Shown: positions 9,525-17,753 of the stretch, one piece after another
How positions within the stretch are numbered: the first letter of the stretch is position 1
Layout of the letters: each line of letters starts with the position of its first letter
NCBI GenBank assembly: GCA_046861645.1
Contig: JBHHUM010000005.1
Coordinates: forward strand, 1-56,116
DNA: 56,116 nucleotides
DNA from: Fidelibacterota bacterium
GTDB lineage: Bacteria; Fidelibacterota; Marinisomatia; Marinisomatales; UBA2128
Direction: 5' to 3'
Program-made: the position numbers and the translations under genes
Notes under the pieces: generated by a model
Seen by the model: the letters and a program-made list of their open reading frames with translations, nothing else
Told to the model about the DNA's origin: nothing
Databases searched by the model: none

Positions 9525-11072
9525 TTATAACCTCCAGTTCAATCCAAAGTAAACATAGAATATCGTAAACTCGTCATCTTTCGAATAATCGAGTGACAGC
9601 GATCCCCTGAGCTTCGATGTCATTCTCCAGTTGAGACTGGCCGAGACTGTATGCTGCCGATAATCTATGATACTGGTACCGTAACCGTAGGAAAATAGTT
9701 CATACTGGGCATAAATATCCATCTTCTTATTCACCGGAGCACTATATCCCAATTGCAAACGGCCACCCGATATCAACAGGTTCCTTAGATAACTCCCGCC
9801 TACACTATAAGATTGTCCTTTAGCAAAAGTTTTTGTTTGGTAGTCCATAAAATAGAACTCTGACTTATCTCCGGTTCCCGATTGAGAGCGAAAGTTAATT
9901 CCAATTTTAAGAGAACCAAAATCATCATAAGTAAAGCGAACAGAATTATACCAACCTGATCGCAGGGCATCTTCGAAAAGGGAATCAGGAAATACAACAC
10001 CGGAGACTTGGTAAATCACCTGTCGACGATCGGAATACCTTGAGCGAAAGATAATCCCTGGCCACGGTTTGATACTCGCAGAAATTTGACTGGATGTTGG
10101 CGTTATGTTTTTTCGATCACCAGGAGAATTATCACGATATAAGTCCAAAGTTTCATAGAGGGAAATCGTGACTTTTCGGTCTAAAAAATCTCCAGAGAAG
10201 CGAAAGTAAACAAACTCTCGATCCACATCCTTATTGGTGTACTGACCTACAGCGGAGAGCATTGCATCCATAGAACTTGACGGAGTACTTCTCTTCCATC
10301 TGGTAAACGCTCCCAACTTATTCACATCAGTTTTAAAGCTTAATGATGAAGGATCGGGCTGAAACCCACTTAAGACACCAATTGAGAAGGAAGAAACCAC
10401 CTGTGAAGATATCATAACTCCATCAGTGGCACCTATTCCAGCCAGTTCAGGGGCAAAAATACGGCCAAGTTGCAGAAAATACTTTCCGTTCCGTTTACCC
10501 ATCGTAAAACGAGCCTGATAAATTGTGAAATCCCTTTCTGAAAGATTACCCCTTCCATAGAGCCAGATATCCGAGCGAAAAGGCGCTGTCAGTACCAATC
10601 CATACCGCAGCGATGCAATTCCCCGGCTGGACTGATCGCCGCCGGAAAAACTACTCATGGAATAGCGGGCTGAAGCATTCCCTCGCTGAGAGAGAATTCG
10701 ATCTTGCCGTATTTGAGGTTTTGATGCTTCCACTGGTGTCTCCATTATCTCTTCCACCGGAAGAGGTTCAAAGGCTGCTTTCTTCTCTAACACCACACGA
10801 TCACCTAACTGAAATGTCTCTACCGGAATCAGCGATTGACAGACAGCGGACCTCCTCGCTACATTCGTTATCACAACTGGACCCAACTCTTCGTTCCGTC
10901 GCAAAATGAGCAGAGTATCGCCTACTGATCCCCCCGCTTCAGAACCGATATTCACATAAACCTGGTCAGTAGTGAGATAAGTAATCTTGCCTTCAGCCCT
11001 AACGATATCTTCATTCTGAGCAATAACTGTAGAAAGAATAATTATCAGTAGGCAAAGGAAATATCTAATCAT
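9525..11072 (-). CDS. Putative outer-membrane beta-barrel (porin) of the multiheme cytochrome cluster, with small N-terminal beta domain
   Basis: Start reassigned to ATG 11072 (MIRYFLCLL, GGAAGGAG upstream, overlaps previous stop); signal peptide; many amphipathic strands; C-terminal YVYFGLNWRL beta-signal-like. Confidence 0.8.
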   Translation of the reverse strand: MIRYFLCLLIIILSTVIAQNEDIVRAEGKITYLTTDQVYVNIGSEAGGSVGDTLLILRRNEELGPVVITNVARRSAVCQSLIPVETFQLGDRVVLEKKAAFEPLPVEEIMETPVEASKPQIRQDRILSQRGNASARYSMSSFSGGDQSSRGIASLRYGLVLTAPFRSDIWLYGRGNLSERDFTIYQARFTMGKRNGKYFLQLGRIFAPELAGIGATDGVMISSQVVSSFSIGVLSGFQPDPSSLSFKTDVNKLGAFTRWKRSTPSSSMDAMLSAVGQYTNKDVDREFVYFRFSGDFLDRKVTISLYETLDLYRDNSPGDRKNITPTSSQISASIKPWPGIIFRSRYSDRRQVIYQVSGVVFPDSLFEDALRSGWYNSVRFTYDDFGSLKIGINFRSQSGTGDKSEFYFMDYQTKTFAKGQSYSVGGSYLRNLLISGGRLQLGYSAPVNKKMDIYAQYELFSYGYGTSIIDYRQHTVSASLNWRMTSKLRGSLSLDYSKDDEFTIFYVYFGLNWRL

Positions 11073-11892
11073 CTCCTTCCCCTTTTCCACCTGATGGATG
11101 ACAGTTATAACATGCCCAGCTTTCATAAATATAACCATTTACTTCTCCCCGATGCTCTTTATCCATCTTGCTTTTATTATGTTCATGACATACTCCGTTC
11201 AGCCCACAGGAAAAAACCGAGTAATCTGTTTGATCAATATGACATTCAGCATTACAGGAAGACCATTTCCCCCGGTGCTCCCCAGAGTAAATGGGGAAAA
11301 AGCGGTCATGATGCGCCATTTCCGTGGGAAACCATGCTCTCGTATTATGGCAAATTGAGCATTCAGTAACTTCAGGGTGGTCTGCAGTGTTAACTTCGAT
11401 TGTGTAAACATTCTCATGACAATCCAAGCAATCTGTAGTGAGATGCCCCTTCAACAAAGTCATTTCATTCCCGTGGCAAGCATTACAATCCAAAGTGGTA
11501 TGAGCTCCCACTAAAGGAAATAGCATGGTCTGGTGCTGGTATCGCCAGTTGCTCAAGTCCCAAGAAACAGTCTGGTGGCACATCTCACAATCGTTACCAT
11601 ATTGAGTCAAATGAATATCCATATGACAAAACGAACAATTTGCTTCAGCTCGCTTAAACTGATGAATCTCATGTTGTGTTTCACCCGGATGACACTGGAT
11701 ACAGTCGGCAAAAATATGCCCACCAGTCAGCTGGAAGTGAGTAGCACGGTTATGATCAAAGCTACGCTCGGGAGCCAGGGGATACCAGGCATCAGGTAGA
11801 TGACATTCTTCGCAAGGTCTGTCCGTCAATTGCAAATCCTGAGCTGAAATAAACGTTACCGTAAAGATTAATACTACTATTCTACGATCCAC
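11065..11892 (-). CDS. Exported multiheme cytochrome c (8 CxxCH + CX3CH + CX5CH)
   Basis: Signal peptide; CEECH, CIQCH, CSFCH, CEMCH, CNACH, CLDCH, CSICH, CYNCH plus CNAECH and CGLNGVCH; FDH/FPLxGxH distal-His motifs. Confidence 0.93.
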   Translation of the reverse strand: MDRRIVVLIFTVTFISAQDLQLTDRPCEECHLPDAWYPLAPERSFDHNRATHFQLTGGHIFADCIQCHPGETQHEIHQFKRAEANCSFCHMDIHLTQYGNDCEMCHQTVSWDLSNWRYQHQTMLFPLVGAHTTLDCNACHGNEMTLLKGHLTTDCLDCHENVYTIEVNTADHPEVTECSICHNTRAWFPTEMAHHDRFFPIYSGEHRGKWSSCNAECHIDQTDYSVFSCGLNGVCHEHNKSKMDKEHRGEVNGYIYESWACYNCHPSGGKGEGDD

Positions 11893-14735
11893 GGTATTTG
11901 GGGTTTAAGCTTTTTCCACCGGGGTTGCCATTTATCATCACCATCCCCGTCGCCATCATCATCATCTCCAGTTGGGTGACATTCATAGCAAGCCCAACTT
12001 TCATAAACGTAGTTACTTGTTCCACTATGCTTATCATCCATTTTACTCTGGTCATGTTTGTGGCAAACTCCATTCAAACCACAGGAAAAATCGGAGTAAT
12101 CTTCCGGTACGATGTGGCACTCTGCTGTACAGGTGGACCACTCACCGCTATGCTCCCCAGTATAAATTGGAAACCAATCGTTATCGTGATCAAAGGTCGC
12201 TTCAGACCAGTTAGTAGTGGAGGTATGGCAGACTTCACAAGCAGTGGGATAACCATTGCTTGCATGATTTGTGGAATTATAATCAGTAAGGTGACAATTC
12301 ACACAACCAGAAGTAATGCCCTCATGGACGAAGGTAGCTCCTTCCCAAGTCTCCGTACTGGTGTGACAATTTTCACAGGTCTGACTGAATCCAGTTTCCT
12401 CAGAATGTGGCGGATCAGAAGCATTATTATAATCAGCAAGATGACAATTCACGCAACCAGAAGTAATACCCACATGGCTGAAGTTAGCCCCTTCCCAGGT
12501 CTCCGTACTGGTGTGACAATTTTCGCAGGTCTGACTGAATCCAATTTCCTCAGAATGTGGCGGATCGGTAGCATTATTATAATCATTGAGATGACAATCC
12601 ACACAACCAGAAGTAATACCTTCGTGAGCAAAAGTCGCCCCGACCCACGTATCAGTTGTCGAGTGACAGGTTTCACAAGTAGTGGTGAAGCCATTCTGCT
12701 CAGAGTGTGGTGGATTGGTAGCACTTTCGTAATCCTGCAGATGGCAGGTGGCACACGTTAGAACCAGTCCATGAGTATAGATATGGGGGCTCCAACCATA
12801 TTCATTATGACATTGATCACAATATCCCGAAGGATAACCATAAGTACCATGATCTGGATTGGTAGTGGACTCAAAATCACTCAGGTGACAGCCACTGTTA
12901 GCACAATCCTGTGGAGTTCCGTTGTACATCTGCTCAACGTGACAGTTAATACACGGCACAGGAATATGAAGGCCCACCAGAGAAAAATTGGTCTGCTCGC
13001 TGGAGTGCTCGAAAGGATCAATCACCCAGCTCTCTGTACCATGACATAATTCACAACTGGTACCAATATTACCATTACCGTGCGGAGGATCAGCACTGCT
13101 GGAATGATCACTTAGATGACAATCCACACACCCTGATAAAATACCGGCATGATCAAATGAAGCTCCAGCCCATGTATCCGTGGTGGTATGGCAGAGGTCA
13201 CAGGAGGTAGAGTATCCATTTTCTGCCAAGTGGAGAGGGGTGGAAGCATTCTCGTAGTCTGGCATATGGCAGGTAGCACACGATAGCGTTAGCCCATGGG
13301 TGAAAATATGAGGACTCCAACCAAATGTATTATGGCATTGATCACAGTAGTTCGCAGGGTATCCATAAAGATTATGGTCGGGATTGTTTGTAGCTTCAAA
13401 ATTACTCAAATGACAGCCACTGTTAGCACAATCCTGAGGAGTACCACTGTACATCTGTTCTACGTGACAATCGATACAGGCTGCCGCAGCATGAGCTCCA
13501 ATGAGAGTATATCCAGTCTGTTCTGTAAGATGCTCAAATAGTTCGATACCCCAATTTTCTGTGGTATGGCATAAAGAACAATTGTCACTGATATTTCCAT
13601 TTGAATGAGGAGGATCTTCGGTTTCATCATATTCAAACTGATGACAATCCAGACACAGATTCTCAGTGAAGGCGGAGTGGGTAAACAGGTTGACTTCCCA
13701 ACCAGATGTAGTATGACAGACAATACAATCATCGGCAATACCGTGGTTGGGATGATCGTAAGCAGAACTTCCATAGTTAGTTTCAGAGATTCCTCCAGGA
13801 ATATGACATCCTTCACACTCTAAGGGAAGATCGTAATTCCCCAACCCGTGGCATGAGGCACAGTCAGTATTCTGATGCAACCCGGTTAGGGGAAATTCAG
13901 TAAGATCATGGTTCATTTCAGCTCCTAGCCACGAAGCAGTGGAGTGACAATACTCGCAATTCTGGCTATATGCTTCAGTAGTATGGGATGGGGCATTAGG
14001 GTATGCACCAGAACCGGTTAGAGTATATTCTTCTTCATGACAAGACCAGCAATCTTGAGGTGTACCGGCAAAGATACCTTCGTGACAGTCAGCACATTGC
14101 GTCGTACGGTGAACTCCATCCAGTATAAAAGCCGTCTGAGAATTGTGATCAAAGTCTGATGGAAGCCAACTATTTCGGCGGGGCGAATGACATATTTCAC
14201 AGTCAGTATTCAATTGAGCTAATTTATGAGATGGAAAATCAACAGCGTCATAATCAGAGCGGTGACACTCGTAACAGAATATGGGTGTGGAACTAAAAAC
14301 TGTCATGGGTCGCTCGGTGTGACATAACTGACAGGCAACACTACGATGGGCTCCCAATAGAGAAAACTGGGTCGTCTCGTGGTCAAAAGTAAGGGTGGTC
14401 ACCTGCCACGATTTATCTCCATGGCACTGCTGACAATCACCTCCGAGTGTTGACTGGTGAACGTCAATGTGGCAATCAACGCAAGTAGTGCCCTCTAATT
14501 GAAACTGATGCTTTTCCAACACTGATGTCCCTTCATGACAGACACTACAAGGTTGCATCCGATGCGTACCCCCAAGGGGAAAACTAGTTAGTTGATGACT
14601 GAAACCTGCCAGAGTAAGAACGTCCCACCCCTCAGCTCCATGGCAATCCTGACAATCGTAACCGGGGACAGTCAGCCCTTCATCCTGTATAGCCAGAAGG
14701 GGTACAGCAATTAGCAGGAGAAACCACTGTTTCAT
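11877..14735 (-). CDS. Very large exported multiheme cytochrome c (32 CxxCH + 4 atypical motifs)
   Basis: Signal peptide; hand count of 32 CxxCH plus 2x CANSGCH, CTAECH and CGLNGVCH; internal repeats. Confidence 0.95.
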   Translation of the reverse strand: MKQWFLLLIAVPLLAIQDEGLTVPGYDCQDCHGAEGWDVLTLAGFSHQLTSFPLGGTHRMQPCSVCHEGTSVLEKHQFQLEGTTCVDCHIDVHQSTLGGDCQQCHGDKSWQVTTLTFDHETTQFSLLGAHRSVACQLCHTERPMTVFSSTPIFCYECHRSDYDAVDFPSHKLAQLNTDCEICHSPRRNSWLPSDFDHNSQTAFILDGVHRTTQCADCHEGIFAGTPQDCWSCHEEEYTLTGSGAYPNAPSHTTEAYSQNCEYCHSTASWLGAEMNHDLTEFPLTGLHQNTDCASCHGLGNYDLPLECEGCHIPGGISETNYGSSAYDHPNHGIADDCIVCHTTSGWEVNLFTHSAFTENLCLDCHQFEYDETEDPPHSNGNISDNCSLCHTTENWGIELFEHLTEQTGYTLIGAHAAAACIDCHVEQMYSGTPQDCANSGCHLSNFEATNNPDHNLYGYPANYCDQCHNTFGWSPHIFTHGLTLSCATCHMPDYENASTPLHLAENGYSTSCDLCHTTTDTWAGASFDHAGILSGCVDCHLSDHSSSADPPHGNGNIGTSCELCHGTESWVIDPFEHSSEQTNFSLVGLHIPVPCINCHVEQMYNGTPQDCANSGCHLSDFESTTNPDHGTYGYPSGYCDQCHNEYGWSPHIYTHGLVLTCATCHLQDYESATNPPHSEQNGFTTTCETCHSTTDTWVGATFAHEGITSGCVDCHLNDYNNATDPPHSEEIGFSQTCENCHTSTETWEGANFSHVGITSGCVNCHLADYNNASDPPHSEETGFSQTCENCHTSTETWEGATFVHEGITSGCVNCHLTDYNSTNHASNGYPTACEVCHTSTTNWSEATFDHDNDWFPIYTGEHSGEWSTCTAECHIVPEDYSDFSCGLNGVCHKHDQSKMDDKHSGTSNYVYESWACYECHPTGDDDDGDGDGDDKWQPRWKKLKPQIPWIVE
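12280..12625. repeat. 150-bp (50-codon, two-heme) tandem repeat, ~2.3 copies, inside the large cytochrome gene
   Basis: ACRCAACCAGAAGTAAT recurs at 12301, 12451 and 12601; intervening DNA is near-identical (PPHSEExGFSQTCENCHTSTETWEGAxFxHxGITSGCVNCH). Confidence 0.92.
12591..13655. repeat. 525-bp (175-codon, seven-heme) internal duplication in the large cytochrome gene
   Basis: ATGACAATCCA at 12591, 13116 and 13641; VEQMYxGTPQDCANSGCHLS...CDQCH..GWSPHI.THGL.L.CATCH occurs twice, 175 aa apart. Confidence 0.88.
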
Positions 14736-16144
14736 CGTATTTGGTCAGTCAAAGTATGGCAATCAGAACAGTTATGTGCAAGTGGTGAATAACGGATAAA
14801 AATTCCATCACTATCAGCTTCCTGCTCATGGCATTTACCACAAGCTACACCAATATGTTTTCCATCCAGTGGAAAGGTTGTTTGTTGATGGTCGAAATTT
14901 AGCTCAGTGAAACTCAAAGAATTGTGGCAGAAATCACATCTATTCTGGAAGTTCAATTGGAACTGATTGCGATGATTATCAACATGACAATTTTCACACC
15001 TGTTCTGTTTCCAGGTAAACTGTGTAGTGCTAACTCCCCGTAGAGGTTGATAATCTTTGTGGCAGAAAATGCAAGGCACGGCTAAATGAGCTCCTTCCAG
15101 AATAAAACGGGAAAGTTGGTGTTGTGCTGCGGTAAATGTTGTCGGTTTGAATCCCTTTATCGTGTGACAAGCGGCACAGTCCCCGCCATCTGCCCGACCG
15201 TCAAATTGACCATAATGTTCATCCTGATGGCAACGGAGGCAGGTATCATATTTTGGTAAGCCACCAGCAAGGTCACTTTTGTGACACTTTAAACAGGCTA
15301 TTCCGATATGCTTATCTATCAAAGGATATTTTGTTACTGAGTGATCAAATGGTTTTAAATCTGTTTTCCAATTTGTTATCTGATGACAGGTTTCACATGA
15401 GGCGCCATAGCTGCCCCGGTGGAAGTCTTCATGGCAACGACCACAACGATCAAAAGCGATCCCGGTGAGTTGCCAAACCATGGGAACTCTATTGGTCTGA
15501 ATCCGGTGGCACTTTTCACAATCCACTTTCAGATGTGTTCCTTCAAGGTGGAAACGAGCCCGGTTATGATCGAATACCGAAATAACCAGTTTCCAGTCAG
15601 AGGTATTGTGGCAGGATACACAATCCGAGGAAACTTCTCCCTGGTGTACATCTTGGTGACAACCAAGGCAGTTTTGTTTAAGACCAAGGAAGGTGCGGTC
15701 GAGAACTGGGAATTGTCTGTTCTCCGCTGCCCAGGTAATAATTGACTCCCCATGAATGAAATCACGCTTATGGCATTGGGAGCAGTTCAGGGCAGAGTGT
15801 TTGCCCATCAACGGATAACCAGTAGCCCCATGATCAAACTGGGAAATATCTTTCGGCCAATAGACTAACTCGAAATTCCGTCCGTTATGATCGGAATGGC
15901 AATCCTCGCACGCTTCCCCCTTATCCTTATGATAGCCCCGTCCTGCAGTAATACGCTCCTTTAAAGGGGAATGACACTCAATACAACCATCAGATATCTG
16001 TTTTTTGTTCTGTTCGTGACACTCCAGACAGTGTTTGTTGCCTTCTAAGTGGGCATGGTACTTAGAAAGTTCTCCCGGAGAAAATTGAGCCCCTAACCCC
16101 GAAAAAAGAAAAACAATGAGGAGGCCAGTGCAGAATAATCTCAC
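14732..16144 (-). CDS. Exported 17-heme cytochrome c
   Basis: Signal peptide followed by QFSPGELSKYHAHLEG; 17 CxxCH by hand count in repeating FDH..F/YPLxGxH..CxxCH units; ATGA overlap with next gene. Confidence 0.93.
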   Translation of the reverse strand: MRLFCTGLLIVFLFSGLGAQFSPGELSKYHAHLEGNKHCLECHEQNKKQISDGCIECHSPLKERITAGRGYHKDKGEACEDCHSDHNGRNFELVYWPKDISQFDHGATGYPLMGKHSALNCSQCHKRDFIHGESIITWAAENRQFPVLDRTFLGLKQNCLGCHQDVHQGEVSSDCVSCHNTSDWKLVISVFDHNRARFHLEGTHLKVDCEKCHRIQTNRVPMVWQLTGIAFDRCGRCHEDFHRGSYGASCETCHQITNWKTDLKPFDHSVTKYPLIDKHIGIACLKCHKSDLAGGLPKYDTCLRCHQDEHYGQFDGRADGGDCAACHTIKGFKPTTFTAAQHQLSRFILEGAHLAVPCIFCHKDYQPLRGVSTTQFTWKQNRCENCHVDNHRNQFQLNFQNRCDFCHNSLSFTELNFDHQQTTFPLDGKHIGVACGKCHEQEADSDGIFIRYSPLAHNCSDCHTLTDQIR

Positions 16145-16439
16145 CGGTTTATAATACCTTCAAAATGTGTAACGTGACAGGTGAAAATAGTTTATCCATA
16201 ATATCTCCGCTATAAAATTCCTCCCCCGTTTTTCACCCAGATTATCAATTTATCCACCCCAAACGAAGTTCAAAATCACGATTAATTTCAAATTGTATCA
16301 GAATAATAGGTAAATTTAACAACCAGAACTACTTACCTCATTAATTATAATCTCTAGGCCGAATACTGTAAGAAATAATTCATATGTAGATCCGATTCGC
16401 TTCCTTCCCTCTTAGACAAACCTCCAGTTTAGACTTTCA

Positions 16440-17753
16440 TCAAATTTTCACTTTAACTTTCTTCCCAAATTCAATACCGATAGAATTAAGCAATGGAAAA
16501 GGTAATTCTCCTCCAGCAAAAATGAATACAAAATCGTTTTCCAGCTTGATTTCCTTCTTATCTTCATCCAGCAAAACAGAATCAGTTTCTATTTTCTTCA
16601 GGTTAGAGTTAAATATTACTATGAGTTTCTTCTCCTTGATGGCTTTTTCAACATTCTTCTCATTCCGGGTTTTAAGCCGGAAAAAGTTGGCTTTACGGTA
16701 AGAGAGGGTAACCTGATTATTTTCCTGATTAGCTAATCCAATGGCAGCCTCAATAGCACTATCTCCCCCTCCCACTACCAGGATACGTCTGTTTTTGTAA
16801 GTTTCTGCATCAATTAACTTGTACATTACCTTTCCCATTTCTTCACCGGGTACCCCCAGTTTACGGGGGGACCCACGCCTCCCTAAGGCAAGAATCAATT
16901 TTTTCGTAGAAATATCACCTTTGGAAGTGGTCATGGTAAACAATCCGTTCGATCGCTCAACACCCAACAACTTAAATTTAGTTTTTAAATTTAATTCATT
17001 TACAGCGATCACTGTTTCCCAAATCTCCAGTAACTCTTCCTTGGTGTATTCTCTGTCTTTAAGTTCCTTATAGAGGGGCAGTTTAACCGGTTGAACCAAA
17101 GTAAGCTTCCGCCGTGGATAATGAAGGATTGTACCCCCCGGTACGTCTTGGTCAATTACCACATAATTAAGACCAAGCTCCTTCGCTCGGAGAGCTGCCG
17201 CCAGACCCGCCGGACCGGCTCCTACGATAACAACATCATGTCCATCATGGGACGAGCTGCTAGGGGTATTATTGATATGATCTATGGCTGTAATTCCGTG
17301 GGAAATTGCGTTCCTGATTAAAGCCAATCCACTAAGCTCACCAATGATATAAATACCTGGAACATTGCTTTCAAAATGTTCCGACAGGGCTGGAATATCC
17401 TCACGCTCGCTGATATCTCCCAAACCAACCTTTATTGCCCCCACAGGACAATTCTCAGCACACAAGGCATGTCCTACACAGTGGCTGCCGTGAATGATGG
17501 CAGATTTACCATCAATAATCCCAAGGACGTCTCCCTCAGGGCAGGAAGTGACACAGATTCCACATCCTATACAGACAGAGCGATTGATAATCGGGTGTTG
17601 AAGTAAAGCCTTATCCTGACCTTTCTCCCTTGTCTGTACCAGTCGAGCCCGAGTCCGAGCTTCTTTCCGCTTCATGCCTACAATATATGGAACAAGAAAT
17701 AATAGAATAATAGCAAGTGCCAATCCCCAGGTTAACAGTTGCTCAGAAATCAT
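16440..17753 (-). CDS. Membrane-anchored ferredoxin (2x Fe-S) fused to a thioredoxin-reductase-like FAD/NAD(P)H oxidoreductase
   Basis: Start ATG 17753 (ATGA overlap with upstream stop); N-terminal TM; CIGCGICVTSCP and CVGHALCAENCP; VVIVGAGPAG (FAD); ILVVGGGDSA..LSYRK (NADPH-type); no redox CxxC. Confidence 0.9.
   Translation of the reverse strand: MISEQLLTWGLALAIILLFLVPYIVGMKRKEARTRARLVQTREKGQDKALLQHPIINRSVCIGCGICVTSCPEGDVLGIIDGKSAIIHGSHCVGHALCAENCPVGAIKVGLGDISEREDIPALSEHFESNVPGIYIIGELSGLALIRNAISHGITAIDHINNTPSSSSHDGHDVVIVGAGPAGLAAALRAKELGLNYVVIDQDVPGGTILHYPRRKLTLVQPVKLPLYKELKDREYTKEELLEIWETVIAVNELNLKTKFKLLGVERSNGLFTMTTSKGDISTKKLILALGRRGSPRKLGVPGEEMGKVMYKLIDAETYKNRRILVVGGGDSAIEAAIGLANQENNQVTLSYRKANFFRLKTRNEKNVEKAIKEKKLIVIFNSNLKKIETDSVLLDEDKKEIKLENDFVFIFAGGELPFPLLNSIGIEFGKKVKVKI

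Noticed and set aside
11073..11138. Longer ORF-track starts for the porin (11138), oxidoreductase (17780), LOG (21995), bactofilin (47342) and parA (49764)
   Set aside because: Downstream ATGs fit signal peptides, RBSs, stop/start overlaps or family N-termini better.
12280..12625. Repeats as a CRISPR array
   Set aside because: 150-bp in-frame coding repeats without unique spacers; no cas genes in the window.
11898..12761. 287-aa plus-strand ORF with internal repeats
   Set aside because: Antisense shadow of the repetitive cytochrome gene; no independent motif.
16190..16260. Two DnaA-box-like 9-mers (TTATCCATA, TTATCCACC) as oriC
   Set aside because: Each has a mismatch, there are only two, and they lie in an AT-rich spacer inside the cytochrome cluster; compatible with chance.
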